Notes: generated by a model not told the origin, from the sequence alone. Positions 1 to 9,634 are shown, counted from the first letter of the stretch. The stretch: 64,000 bases of DNA from an uncultured delta proteobacterium (GCA_963766715.1 CAVYBH010000007.1:1-64000), one strand, 5' to 3'. Made by a program: numbers and translations.

Positions 1-889
1 TGCGCTCGACAAGCTGAAGCTGCTCGTCTCCATCGACGTACGCTATTCGGAGACGGCCTGGTTCGCCGACGTCATCCTTCCGGAAGCGTCCTACCTCGAG
101 CGAGCCAACATCTTGTGCCAGATGAACCTCCCGGTGCCGGTCCTCGGCATGCGCGACCAGGCGATCGCGCCACGCTTCGACAGCCGCCCTGCCTGGTGGA
201 TCTTTCGCGAGATCCTCCGCCGGATGGACATCAAGGAGGCACTCGACTTCGAGACCATCGAGGAACTCTGGAACTACCAGCTCGAGGGCACAGGTGTCAC
301 CGTGGCCGACATGCGCGAGACGGGCATGGTCACCCTGGGAGACACGCCGAAACTCATCCCCCGCGAGGAGCTCAGGTTCCCTACTCCCTCGGGCAAGATG
401 GAGATCGAGAGCGACGTCCTGACGAAGGCCGGCCTTCCGAGCTTGGCGGCCTACGAGCCCAGGGCCGCGCCGACGGGCGACCGCTTCTATCTGCTCTTCG
501 GACGGCCGGCGACGCTGGCCCATGGCCAGTCGCTCAACAACCCAATCCTGAACGAGATCGCGCCGAAGCAGGTGCTCTGGATCCACCCCCAATCGGGCCA
601 GGGCGCTCGCCATCGAGGATGGGGACGAGGTCGTTGTCGACGGGGGCGGAAGCTACGTCGGAAGGCTCAGGGCCAAGGTGACGCCTGGATCCATCCGGAG
701 GCGGCATTCATGCTGCACGGATACGGTGCCACGGTCCCCCTCGCCACGCGCGCCCGTGGCCTGGGAGTGGCCGACCAGCGCCTGCAGCACGGCAAGCTCT
801 ACGACTTCGACCCGGCCGGCGGTGGCTGCGCCATGACCGAGACCATCGTCCGGGTCAGGCCCGCGGCGGCGGAAGGGGGAAGGCCGTGA
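1..889 (+). CDS. Molybdopterin oxidoreductase catalytic subunit (PhsA/PsrA-like), 3' part only
   Basis: Frame from nt 2 reads ALDKLKLLVSIDVRYSETAWFADVILPEASYLER, then FPTPSGKMEI and a C-terminal molydop-binding region (WIHP..A..I.DGDEV). A compensating +1/-1 indel pair lies at about 590 and 685. Confidence 0.85.
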   Translation, partial: ALDKLKLLVSIDVRYSETAWFADVILPEASYLERANILCQMNLPVPVLGMRDQAIAPRFDSRPAWWIFREILRRMDIKEALDFETIEELWNYQLEGTGVTVADMRETGMVTLGDTPKLIPREELRFPTPSGKMEIESDVLTKAGLPSLAAYEPRAAPTGDRFYLLFGRPATLAHGQSLNNPILNEIAPKQVLWIHPQSGQGARHRGWGRGRCRRGRKLRRKAQGQGDAWIHPEAAFMLHGYGATVPLATRARGLGVADQRLQHGKLYDFDPAGGGCAMTETIVRVRPAAAEGGRP

Positions 890-1401
890 GCATCTACAGC
901 CTGCGCCACGACGAGGCGAGCTGCATCGCCTGCCAGGCCTGCGAGGTGCACTGCAAGGCCAACAAGGACCTGGGAGCCGGCCCGGCACCGTGCAAGATCG
1001 TCACGGTCGGGCCGATCGACGTCGGTGGACGGCCGCGCCTCCGCATCGTCTTCATGCCCTGCTTCCATTGCGAGGAACCCTGGTGCGTCAGGGCCTGCCC
1101 GACGGGCGCGATGCACCGGCGGGAGAAGGACGGCATCGTCTTCGTCCAGGCCAGCCTGTGCGTTGGCTGCAAGACGTGCATCTCCGCCTGCCCCTGGGGC
1201 ACGCCCCAGTGGGACCCGACCGCTCGCAAGGTGGTCAAGTGCGACTACTGCAAGGACCGAGTGGATGCGGGGCTGCAGCCGGCCTGCGTGACGAAGTGTG
1301 TGACGGGCTGCCTCTCCTTCGGCGTCGCCAGCGAAGTGGCGGACCCCCGGCGCGAGCGCTACGCGCGCCAGATCGTCGCCGAGCCGTTCGGTGAAGCGTA
1401 G
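886..1401 (+). CDS. 4Fe-4S dicluster electron-transfer subunit (PhsB/DmsB/NrfC family)
   Basis: Cys motifs CIACQACEVHC, CFHCEEPWCVRACP, CVGCKTCISACP and KCDYC..R...G..PACVTKC; GTGA overlap with the upstream gene. Confidence 0.92.
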   Translation: MSIYSLRHDEASCIACQACEVHCKANKDLGAGPAPCKIVTVGPIDVGGRPRLRIVFMPCFHCEEPWCVRACPTGAMHRREKDGIVFVQASLCVGCKTCISACPWGTPQWDPTARKVVKCDYCKDRVDAGLQPACVTKCVTGCLSFGVASEVADPRRERYARQIVAEPFGEA

Positions 1402-1410
1402 GGGGGAGCC

Positions 1411-4383
1411 ATGAGCGATCCCCAGACAGCACCAGCGTGGCTCGACGCGGGCGCCGCCGCCCTGGCGGGGGCAGCCCCGCCGGCGCCGACCCTCGAGGGC
1501 GCCCTGCCGGGCCTCGCCCAGGCCCGGTCACTGGCGCCAATCCAGCGGCTCCAGCGGCTACGGGATGCAGGCCTCACCGAATGCGGCGGTGCGGGCGAGC
1601 CCGTCCATCTCGCCTGGCGCCAGTTCCTGCGCGGGCACGGCCCGTCGGTACTCGTGATCGATGCGACCGGGCGCGACACGCTGGCACGCGGTTCCGCCAC
1701 GGTCCTGGATCGCGCTCCGTGGCTCCTGGCGGAGGGCGTGCTCATCGCCCTGGGCCTCCGCGACAGCACCAAGGTCGAGCTGCGGCTGCCGGCCGGGCTC
1801 ACCGGGGCCGAAGCGGGTCTCCTGAACGCCGCCGATTCCATCCGGGCACTCGCCCAGATCCCCGTCTCGCGTCGGCAGGTGGAGGTGCAGCGAGACTGCC
1901 GGCCGAGTTGCTGGGCGGAGGGACGGCTTCCCGATGGATCACGACTCGTTCACACGCCGGAGACCTGGTGCCGGATCGCCCTGCAGTTCTCCGGCCGATC
2001 GAGCGCCGGGGCTTCGCTGCTGACGCTCCGGCGCGGCACGAAGCAGCGCGGCCTGGTCGAGCTCGACCACTCCCGGACCCTGCGCGCCCAGATCGCGGAT
2101 TGGGGCGGTGGCGAGAGCGACGGCCGGGACGCCGTGCTCGTCTTCGACGACGGGTTGGGGGGCTTCCTTCCCCTCTCCTCGGCGGACCTTCCGTGCAATC
2201 CCCTCTCCCTTGCGTCTGCGAGCATCGTCCCTGCGCCTTCCAGCCTGATGGTGATGGCCGCGGGCGTGTGCGTCGTCAAGCAGACCGGGCGTGCGCTCTA
2301 TCGCCACTGGCAGCTCGCCGAGGGGGAGGAGGCGCCGGTTCGCGCGCTCCTGGCGCGCGCCGCGCGCCTCGTGACCACCATCACGATCGGCCATGGCGAC
2401 GCCGCGCATCTGGCCGCGCTCGACGAGGTGGCGCTCGAGCTCGCCGCGCAGGGACTGGCGGCCGCCTGGCCGCTGGGCAGCTCCCTGCGCTTCTTCCGTG
2501 AGCAGTGGGAACGCCACGCGCGGCGCGAATCCTGCCCGGAGGGGCTCTGCCTGGTGCGCAACGCCGCGCCCTGCCATCGGACCTGCCCGGCCAACATCGA
2601 CATCCCGAGCTTCATCGCCGACCTCGGCCGCGGCGACCACCGGTCCACGATCGAGGTCATCCGGAGGGACAACCCGTTGCCGCTGACCTGCGGCCTGGTC
2701 TGTCCGGCGCCTTGCGAATCCGCCTGTGTCCGAGGCGGCAGCGACGGGGCCGTCTTCATCCGGCCGATGAAGGCCAAGGCAGCGGAGCAGTGCCTCGCCG
2801 AGGGCGGCTACCCGAAGCCCGAGATGGCGCCCGACACGGGCAAGCGGATCGGTATCGTCGGTTCCGGTCCGGCGAGCCTCACGGCGGCCTACTACCTCCG
2901 GACCCTGGGCCACGCGGTCGAGGTCTTCGAGGCACAGGAGAAGCCGGGCGGGATGCTTCGCTATGGCATTCCAGCCTACCGTCTCCCGCCCGAGCTGCTC
3001 GATCAGGAGATCGATCAGCTCCGGACCCTGGGTATTCCGATTCGCACGGGCGCCCGGGTCGACAGCGTGGAGTCCTTCCTCGAGGGCCATGACGCCGTGT
3101 TCCTCGGCCTCGGCACCCAGAAGGCCCGCCTGCCGCCGATCGAGGGCGCGCATCACCCCTTCGTGCTCGGAGGCATCGACTTCCTGCGCGCCGTGCGCAG
3201 CGGCGATCCGGTGCGGGTCGGGCCGCGAGTCGTCGTCATCGGCGGCGGAAACGTCGCCATCGATGTCGCCTTGACGGCGCTACGACAGGGCGCGAGGCAG
3301 GTCGACCTGGTCTCGATGGAGAAGCGGCGCGACATGCCAGCCAGCCCGAACGAGATCGAGGCTGCCGTCGCCGAGGGCGTGCAACTGCGCCCTGGATGGG
3401 GCCCGCTCCGCTTCGAGCCAGGGGGGGACGCCATCTTCCAGTTCTGCGAAAGGGTCAAGGACGAGACCGGTCGGTTCGATCCGAAGTTCGACGGCGACCG
3501 CTTGCTCACCCTGGAAACGGATCACGTGGTCCTCGCCACCGGTCAGGGCACGGACCTGGCCATGCTCGAGGGCAGCCGGGTCGAGAGCACACGCGGCTTC
3601 ATCGTCACGGACCCGAAGACCCTGATGACCACCCTGCCCGGCGTGTTCGCCGGGGGCGACGCGGAACATGGCCCGAGGACGGTCGTGGAGGCGATCCGCT
3701 CCGGAAAGATCGCCGCGGCCTCCATCGACGCGTGGCTGCGCGGGGCGACGCTCGGTGCCGCAACAGGGACGCCCGTACGCCGTGCGGAAGTTGATCCGCT
3801 GCCCGTCCTGGCTGGCGATCGCAGTCACAGGGCCCGCGCGGTCATGCCGGAGCGAAGCGTCGAGGAGATCGTCGGGGAAGGCAACTACGTCCGGATCGAG
3901 GAGGGCCTGACGGACGCGATGGCTCACGACGAGGCCCGTCGCTGCCTGCGCTGCGACATCTGCATCGGTTGCGGCCTCTGCATGGCCGCCTGCAGCGAGA
4001 TGGGCGTCGAGGCGCTGCGCATGGCCGACACGACCGCCGGCCGGCTCGCCTACTTCGACTTCGAGCACCCTGCCTCGCTTTGCATCGGCTGCGGCGCCTG
4101 CACGCAGGTCTGCCCGACGGGCGCGATCCGCATCGAGGATCGCGACGGCGTGCGTCGCACGATCATCACCGGGACCGTCGTACGCGAGCAGCCCCTGCTC
4201 GCCTGCATCGAATGCGGAACGCCGACACAGACGCCGGCACACCGGGAGTTCGCCCGCCGCCGCCTGCCGGACCACATGACCGTCCACCTGGACCGAGAAC
4301 TCTGCCCGTCTTGTGCTCGCCTGCGGGCCGACAGGCCGGAGATCGTGGGCGGCTTGCCCCCGCGTGAGGCCGCTCGGGCCTGA
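1411..4383 (+). CDS. FAD-dependent oxidoreductase: degenerate NuoF-like N-terminus, GltD/SfrB-like core, C-terminal 2x[4Fe-4S] and CxxC..CxxC
   Basis: APCHRTCPANIDIP, CGLVCPAPCESAC, GSGPAS, GGMLRYGIPAYRLP, VIGGGNVAID, GVFAGGD, EARRCLRC, CIGCGLC, CIGCGACTQVCP. Confidence 0.88.
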   Translation: MSDPQTAPAWLDAGAAALAGAAPPAPTLEGALPGLAQARSLAPIQRLQRLRDAGLTECGGAGEPVHLAWRQFLRGHGPSVLVIDATGRDTLARGSATVLDRAPWLLAEGVLIALGLRDSTKVELRLPAGLTGAEAGLLNAADSIRALAQIPVSRRQVEVQRDCRPSCWAEGRLPDGSRLVHTPETWCRIALQFSGRSSAGASLLTLRRGTKQRGLVELDHSRTLRAQIADWGGGESDGRDAVLVFDDGLGGFLPLSSADLPCNPLSLASASIVPAPSSLMVMAAGVCVVKQTGRALYRHWQLAEGEEAPVRALLARAARLVTTITIGHGDAAHLAALDEVALELAAQGLAAAWPLGSSLRFFREQWERHARRESCPEGLCLVRNAAPCHRTCPANIDIPSFIADLGRGDHRSTIEVIRRDNPLPLTCGLVCPAPCESACVRGGSDGAVFIRPMKAKAAEQCLAEGGYPKPEMAPDTGKRIGIVGSGPASLTAAYYLRTLGHAVEVFEAQEKPGGMLRYGIPAYRLPPELLDQEIDQLRTLGIPIRTGARVDSVESFLEGHDAVFLGLGTQKARLPPIEGAHHPFVLGGIDFLRAVRSGDPVRVGPRVVVIGGGNVAIDVALTALRQGARQVDLVSMEKRRDMPASPNEIEAAVAEGVQLRPGWGPLRFEPGGDAIFQFCERVKDETGRFDPKFDGDRLLTLETDHVVLATGQGTDLAMLEGSRVESTRGFIVTDPKTLMTTLPGVFAGGDAEHGPRTVVEAIRSGKIAAASIDAWLRGATLGAATGTPVRRAEVDPLPVLAGDRSHRARAVMPERSVEEIVGEGNYVRIEEGLTDAMAHDEARRCLRCDICIGCGLCMAACSEMGVEALRMADTTAGRLAYFDFEHPASLCIGCGACTQVCPTGAIRIEDRDGVRRTIITGTVVREQPLLACIECGTPTQTPAHREFARRRLPDHMTVHLDRELCPSCARLRADRPEIVGGLPPREAARA

Positions 4384-4402
4384 TGGGAACTCGCACGGCT
4401 AC

Positions 4403-5881
4403 TTACCGGGATTCCATCCGGAACAGGTGGCATTGCCACGGCCCAAGATCCACGTAGAGACCGGCGTCCTGCATCTCGTCCCCACTCCGATCGTAGGCCT
4501 CACCGGAAAGTGCGTCGTGGAGGCGCCACACCTTGCCTCGCATGTCGTCCCACGGCACGTGGACGCGGGCCTGGGAAGGGTCTTCCCGGTAGTTGACGAC
4601 GACGAGGGAGCGCTCGCCGTCCTTGGCCCAGCACCAGGCGAGCACATCCAGGTGGCTCTGGTTGTCGGGCCATCCGCTCCTCTCGCACGGGCGCCACTCG
4701 CCGTCCCGAAAGACGTCGCGAGTGACTTCCGGCAGCAGGCGCTCGTAGAAGGCCGCGAGGTCGAGATCGATCGGCTCCGCCGGGCGCCGGGCCAGGAAGA
4801 CCGGCAGCCTCACCTTTCTTCCCTCGAACTGCCCCTCGTGCAGCAGCTTGGCGCCGGTGAGCGTGAGCAACACCACCGCAGCGGCGCGCCCCTTCCCGGA
4901 CGGGAAGGCCGCGGCCGCCCTCGGCTCGTCGTGGTTCTCGATGAACCGGATCATCCTTTCCTGGTAGGCGGGGTCCGCGAGGAGGTGGAGCCGGACGCCC
5001 TCCGCATCCCCGCGATCCATCCGGTCGTAGAGTCTCTTGTCGTAGCAGTGGTCGAAACCCTGCTGCTGCAGCTCCCATTCCAGATCCCAGTACGCCTCCG
5101 CGATGAACCGGAACTCCGGGCTCTTCTGCCTGGCGGCGGGGATCACCGTCGTCCAGTAGTCGCCGAGCGGTCGGGGGCCGGCACGCTGTCCCCAGGTGCG
5201 CTCGAAGACGTCGTTCAGCATGAGCATGGCCATGTCGCAGCGGACGCCGTCGCACTGGCCGGAGATGTCCGAGAGCGTCTCGATCACCGCCTGCCGGAGG
5301 CCTGGCTGGAAGGCGTTGAGCTGGAGCACATCGGGCCAGGCGGGGAAGTAGGGATCCTTTCCCCGGGCGAAAACCGTCCCGTCCCTCTCGACGAAGGAGG
5401 ATGGATCGGTCCGTGCGTCATCCGCGGTGCCCAGGACGAAATACTCGGGGTGCTGCGCCACCCACGGATGATCGGGCGCCACGTGATTGGGAACGAAGTC
5501 GAGAATCAGGCGCAGCCCGCGCTCGCGGAGCATGCGGCGAGCCACCGCGAGGCCCTCCGGGCCGCCGAGGCGATGATCGACGACATAGCGACGAATGCAG
5601 TACGGGGAGCCGACGTTGTCCTCGGGCGAGAAGTCGGGCAGGGCGCGGCGGAAGTCCGCGAGAAGGCCCTCGTTTCGCATCGAGATCTCGATCCCGGCCG
5701 GGCTCCGTTCCCAGACGCCCATGAACCACAGGGCGTCGAATCCGTGGGCGAAGAGGGCATCCCACTCCTCGGTCGGGACCGTGCCCAGGTGGACGGGCCT
5801 CCCGTGCTTGCGGGCCAGCTCACCCAGCCACACCCAGGTGTTGATCTCGTAGACGATGGGATGCCTGGGCCATGTGTTCAT
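4403..5881 (-). CDS. GH13 alpha-amylase family glycoside hydrolase (cytoplasmic)
   Basis: GH13 conserved regions LDFVPNH, DGVRCDMA, FIAEAY and FIENHDE; no signal peptide. Confidence 0.9.
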   Translation of the reverse strand: MNTWPRHPIVYEINTWVWLGELARKHGRPVHLGTVPTEEWDALFAHGFDALWFMGVWERSPAGIEISMRNEGLLADFRRALPDFSPEDNVGSPYCIRRYVVDHRLGGPEGLAVARRMLRERGLRLILDFVPNHVAPDHPWVAQHPEYFVLGTADDARTDPSSFVERDGTVFARGKDPYFPAWPDVLQLNAFQPGLRQAVIETLSDISGQCDGVRCDMAMLMLNDVFERTWGQRAGPRPLGDYWTTVIPAARQKSPEFRFIAEAYWDLEWELQQQGFDHCYDKRLYDRMDRGDAEGVRLHLLADPAYQERMIRFIENHDEPRAAAAFPSGKGRAAAVVLLTLTGAKLLHEGQFEGRKVRLPVFLARRPAEPIDLDLAAFYERLLPEVTRDVFRDGEWRPCERSGWPDNQSHLDVLAWCWAKDGERSLVVVNYREDPSQARVHVPWDDMRGKVWRLHDALSGEAYDRSGDEMQDAGLYVDLGPWQCHLFRMESR

Positions 5882-5909
5882 GTGTCAGCTCCTGCCAACC
5901 TGCCCTCGA

Positions 5910-7142
5910 TCACGACTGAATCGCCTTGATCTCGGGCGCTGCCTTCTCGGCTGCGACTCGACGACCGAACACGGCCGAAAGCGGACCGGCGGTCAGTCCA
6001 TGCGCCAGGATGCTGAGGATGATCGTCCAGGCGACAGTTGCGATCAGGATCTCGCTGCCCGGAAGCTTTTCCTGGAGCACCATGACCGCGAAGACGACGC
6101 TCGCGAGCCCGCGTGGCCCGAACCAGCCGATGAACAGCTTGGCGTCCCGGCGCATGCCCAGCCCGGTGAGGGCAAGGTACACGGGGAGCATCCGGACGAC
6201 CGTGAGGCTCAGGACTGCGTACGCCAGCACCTCCCAGGTGAGGAGGCGCCAGAGCGATGGCCCCACCACGATCGCGCCGAACACCACCCAGGTGAGGAGG
6301 CTGAGCACACGACCGAATCCTTCTGCGGCGAGGAGGTACTCGTGCTTCTCCTCGATGGCCATGGCTCCTGCCACGAGACCGCCGACGAAGCACGCGATGA
6401 AACCGCTCCCTCCGAGCGCCTGGGCCGTCGCGAAGCAGGTGAGAGCCAGACCGATGACGGGGAACTGCCGCCAGATCTCCGACCCCCATTTGCGCCGGCC
6501 AGCAAGCCGGATCGCCTGCACGCCGAGGTAGGCGAGGCCACCCCCCACGAGGGCGCCTACGCCGATCTCCTCGACGAAGTGCTTCAGGGCGAACCCGGAC
6601 CCCACGGTGGCGACCGGAGTGGTAGCCAGCGCCAGGAGCGCGAGGAGCACGGGGACGCAGATCCCGTCGTTCAGGCCGCTCTCCACGTTCAGGTCCTCCC
6701 GGACCGCCACGGGGACGGCCTGATTGCGTACGACCGCCAGCCCGAGGGCCGCGTCGGTCGGCGCCAGTATCGTGGCCAGGATGGCGAGTTCGAGGATGCC
6801 AAGCGGCTTCAGCAGGATCGCCCCAGCGGCCCAGCCGAGCAGGATGGTCAGCGGCAGGCCCACGATCAGCAATCGCCGTATCGTCGGGCGATTCTGCCAG
6901 ACCACGGGGAGGTTCGCGGCGGCCGCGTCGCTGAAGAGGACCAGAGCCAGCGTGAACTCGGCCAGGATTCGCAGTTCCTCCGCACCGACGCTGAACCTGA
7001 GGAGGTTCAGGCCCGACGGCCCAAAGGCGAGGCCACCGGCCACGAACACCATCGCCCCACCGATCGGCGTCGCCTCGGCCTTCCCGGCGACGAGCCCGTA
7101 GAGGAAGACGAAGGCGAACAGGACGGCGATGGTCAGGTACAT
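5910..7142 (-). CDS. Cation:proton antiporter (CPA1/NhaP family)
   Basis: Multi-TM protein with LAPTDAALG, ESGLNDG and GWFGPRGLAS motifs; start set at ATG 7142 (MYLTIAVLF). Confidence 0.92.
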   Translation of the reverse strand: MYLTIAVLFAFVFLYGLVAGKAEATPIGGAMVFVAGGLAFGPSGLNLLRFSVGAEELRILAEFTLALVLFSDAAAANLPVVWQNRPTIRRLLIVGLPLTILLGWAAGAILLKPLGILELAILATILAPTDAALGLAVVRNQAVPVAVREDLNVESGLNDGICVPVLLALLALATTPVATVGSGFALKHFVEEIGVGALVGGGLAYLGVQAIRLAGRRKWGSEIWRQFPVIGLALTCFATAQALGGSGFIACFVGGLVAGAMAIEEKHEYLLAAEGFGRVLSLLTWVVFGAIVVGPSLWRLLTWEVLAYAVLSLTVVRMLPVYLALTGLGMRRDAKLFIGWFGPRGLASVVFAVMVLQEKLPGSEILIATVAWTIILSILAHGLTAGPLSAVFGRRVAAEKAAPEIKAIQS

Positions 7143-7392
7143 GGCGGACACCTTCACCCAGCGAGCAAGCGTCCTGGGAGGTGGGACTATACACCCGGGG
7201 TCGCGCGATGAATGCGGGCCTGGCCCATTCGATACGGACTCGGCAATCACCGCGGAGTGAGGGCTCCCAGTAAAGATGGTAGAAAAGGATCTGGCAACCC
7301 TCGATGGCTTCGGCTTTGGCCCCGGAAAGGCGTATGAGGAAGCCGGGCTCCGTAGCTCAAAGTTGGTGGACTCATCCAAGAGGAGAAGCGTG

Positions 7393-7737
7393 ATGACAGA
7401 TACTCGCGGACTGACCCTCGGCCTGCTGTATGGCCTTGCTCTAGCCGTCCTCGCCGGCTGTGCCACCGTGCCGACCTGGGCTCCCGGCGACCCCGACGAG
7501 CTGACGAGGGAGCATTGGGAACTCGCCGTGAAGGCCGTCGACGCGAAGTCCAAGCCGGACGCGCAGGCCGCCATGGACTTGCTGGAGAAGGACCTCACGC
7601 GAATGCGCACGAACAGTTTGACCCAGGCTGCCGCCCTCACGAAGGTCTCCGCGGTGACGAAGGCGGTCGACAAGGGGGACTGGGGGGGGGCGCACGATGC
7701 CTTGGAGAACATATGGACCAGCTACGGGCGCAAATGA
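7393..7737 (+). CDS. Hypothetical lipoprotein
   Basis: AGGAG RBS at 7381; hydrophobic leader ending in the lipobox LAGC; helical mature part. Confidence 0.7.
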   Translation: MTDTRGLTLGLLYGLALAVLAGCATVPTWAPGDPDELTREHWELAVKAVDAKSKPDAQAAMDLLEKDLTRMRTNSLTQAAALTKVSAVTKAVDKGDWGGAHDALENIWTSYGRK

Positions 7738-7798
7738 AGATGGACGCGACACGCGCCTGGGGACATAGCCTGGGGCAACCATCCACAAGGGGACGTCC

Positions 7799-8509
7799 AT
7801 GAAGATGCTAGCCGTCGTTCCAGTCCTTGTTCTTGCGTTGGCTGGTCCCGTCCTGGGTCGTGCCCAGGCTGGAGGCGCCGGGGAGAGTCTTCCGGAGCGG
7901 GTCGCAGCCCTGAAGCAGTCCATGGCACAGAGCCAGCAAGCGCTCCGAACCTACAAGTGGGTCGAGACCACCACGGTCAGCATGAAGGGCGAGCAGAAAT
8001 CCATGAAGCAGGCGAACTGCTTCTACGGGGCAGACGGCAAGGTCCAGAAGACGCCCATCGCCGCCCCACCGCCTCCGCCCCCCAAGGACAAGCGCGGCGT
8101 GCGCGGCAAGGTCGTCGAGTCGAAGAAGGAGGAGATCTCCGACACCATGAAGCAGGCGGTGGCGCTCGTGAAGACCTACCTGCCCCCGGACCCGGCGATG
8201 ATCCAGCGCGCCGTCGATGCAAAGAAGGCGACGATGGAAACGGTTCAGCCGGGCAAGGTCGCTCGCCTCGTGTTCAAGGATTACCAGCTCCCTGGCGACT
8301 CACTCGGCGTCACCATGGACATCGCGACGAACCGCCTCATGGGCATCTCGGTCGCCTCCTACCTGGGGAGCCCGTCCAAGCCCGTCACCATGAACGCGAC
8401 CATGGGAAGCCTGGTCGATGGCGCGACCTACACGGCCAGCACCCAGCTCTCTCTGCCCTCCGAGAAGCTCGAGGTGAACGTCGTCAACTCCGGGTACCAA
8501 AAGATGTAG
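7799..8509 (+). CDS. Hypothetical secreted protein
   Basis: Signal peptide MKMLAVVPVLVLALAGPVLGRAQA; coding-like codon use; beta-rich body. Confidence 0.8.
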   Translation: MKMLAVVPVLVLALAGPVLGRAQAGGAGESLPERVAALKQSMAQSQQALRTYKWVETTTVSMKGEQKSMKQANCFYGADGKVQKTPIAAPPPPPPKDKRGVRGKVVESKKEEISDTMKQAVALVKTYLPPDPAMIQRAVDAKKATMETVQPGKVARLVFKDYQLPGDSLGVTMDIATNRLMGISVASYLGSPSKPVTMNATMGSLVDGATYTASTQLSLPSEKLEVNVVNSGYQKM

Positions 8510-8676
8510 GCGGCCAAGCGTGTGCCCAGGAGGACATGGGATGACACCTCGGTCGGACGCCTGCTCACCGATGTCCTGGCCGCTCGTCACCCATCTGAAG
8601 GACGACCACTCCCCGATCTCTCGGACGCTCGTTCCCGATCTCGCTGGTTCGTTGTTACCTATGTCCCCAGCGTTTT

Positions 8677-8742
8677 AAGCTGGAGAAGGTCTGGTACTGG
8701 TGCACCCGGCACACCTTCGCGAGCCACTGGGTGCTCCCAGGG
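8677..8742 (+). pseudogene. Tyrosine recombinase/integrase fragment (box II relic)
   Basis: Translates to KLEKVWYWCTRHTFASHWVLPG, matching the integrase (H/Y)xxRHTFASxxxxxG motif; no intact ORF around it. Confidence 0.6.
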
Positions 8743-8782
8743 CAAATCGCGACACACAACATATTGATTTTACTAAATAAAT

Positions 8783-9179
8783 GCCGGAGCCGTCCTGTAA
8801 GCCGGGTCCTGTTCCGCCGGAAATCCGGCGGCGACGAACATTCCTCTCGGACGCGCGTTGCCGCGCGCCTCTAGCGAGCCGTACCCGAAGGCTGGGGCGA
8901 GCCGCCCGACACCCCGTCTTTCGACGGAGACGCCTTCCTATTTGCTCTTGCACCGGGTGGGGTTTGCCTTGCCGCCCTGGTTACCCAGGACGCGGTGCGC
9001 TCTTACCGCACCGTTTCACCCTTGCCACGCGCGCCTCGCGGCGCCGTTCGGCGGTCTGTTCTCTGTGGCACTGTCCCGCGGGTCACCCCGGCCGGTCGTT
9101 GACCGGCACCCTGCCCTGTGGTGCCCGGACTTTCCTCGGCGGACACGAGTTCCGACGCGTTCGTCCGGACGGCTCCGGC
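8783..9179 (-). ncRNA. rnpB: RNase P RNA, bacterial class A
   Basis: Minus strand contains GAGGAAAGTCCGGGC, AGTGCCACAGAGAA, GGGTGAAACGGTGCGGTAAGAGCGCACC, GGCAAACCCCACC and ACAGGACCCGGCTTAC; terminal P1 helix 8783-8795 pairs with 9167-9179. Confidence 0.97.
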
Positions 9180-9229
9180 AAGGGGGATGTAACACGCGCC
9201 CCGTGGGGCGGCAAACGAGCCGCCCCCGG

Positions 9230-9634
9230 TCAGTGCGCGACGAAGGCCTCGGGCGTGATCGCTGTTTCGGGAAACGCCGCCAAGACTTGCCTGTCGCTCG
9301 TGACGAGGCGCACGCCGAGCTGGCGCGCCAACGCCACGAACTCGCAGTCATAGGCGGTGCAGCGCGAGCGATTGGCCAACTCGAGCACGTCACGGGATGG
9401 AACCGCATGCAAGGCGCCCTTCAATCGCTCGTCCGCGTCATCAGCGGCCAGCAGTGCGGACTCCAGCGAGAGCAGTCCCCGTCGCATCCACGTCGCCAGC
9501 GTGTTGAGGAGTTCCGAACGCGCGAGCAGCGGAGTCGCCCATTCTGGTTCCCGCATCACGACCCTGTCCACGGTAGCCGTGTTCTCCCCGGGCAGGACCA
9601 GGTTCGCCAGTACGTTCGTGTCGACAACGATCAC
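9230..9634 (-). CDS. vapC: PIN-domain toxin (VapC/FitB family)
   Basis: Starts VIVVDTNVL; has SELLN, YDCEFVALA and LVTSD acidic PIN residues; 134 aa. Confidence 0.92.
   Translation of the reverse strand: MIVVDTNVLANLVLPGENTATVDRVVMREPEWATPLLARSELLNTLATWMRRGLLSLESALLAADDADERLKGALHAVPSRDVLELANRSRCTAYDCEFVALARQLGVRLVTSDRQVLAAFPETAITPEAFVAH

Noticed and set aside
7143..7390. Riboswitch or sRNA in the antiporter-lipoprotein intergenic region
   Set aside because: I could not identify the conserved core of any known riboswitch by eye; an Rfam cmscan would be needed.
8761..8782. dif (XerCD) site
   Set aside because: AT-rich, but it does not match the 11-6-11 XerC/XerD arm consensus.
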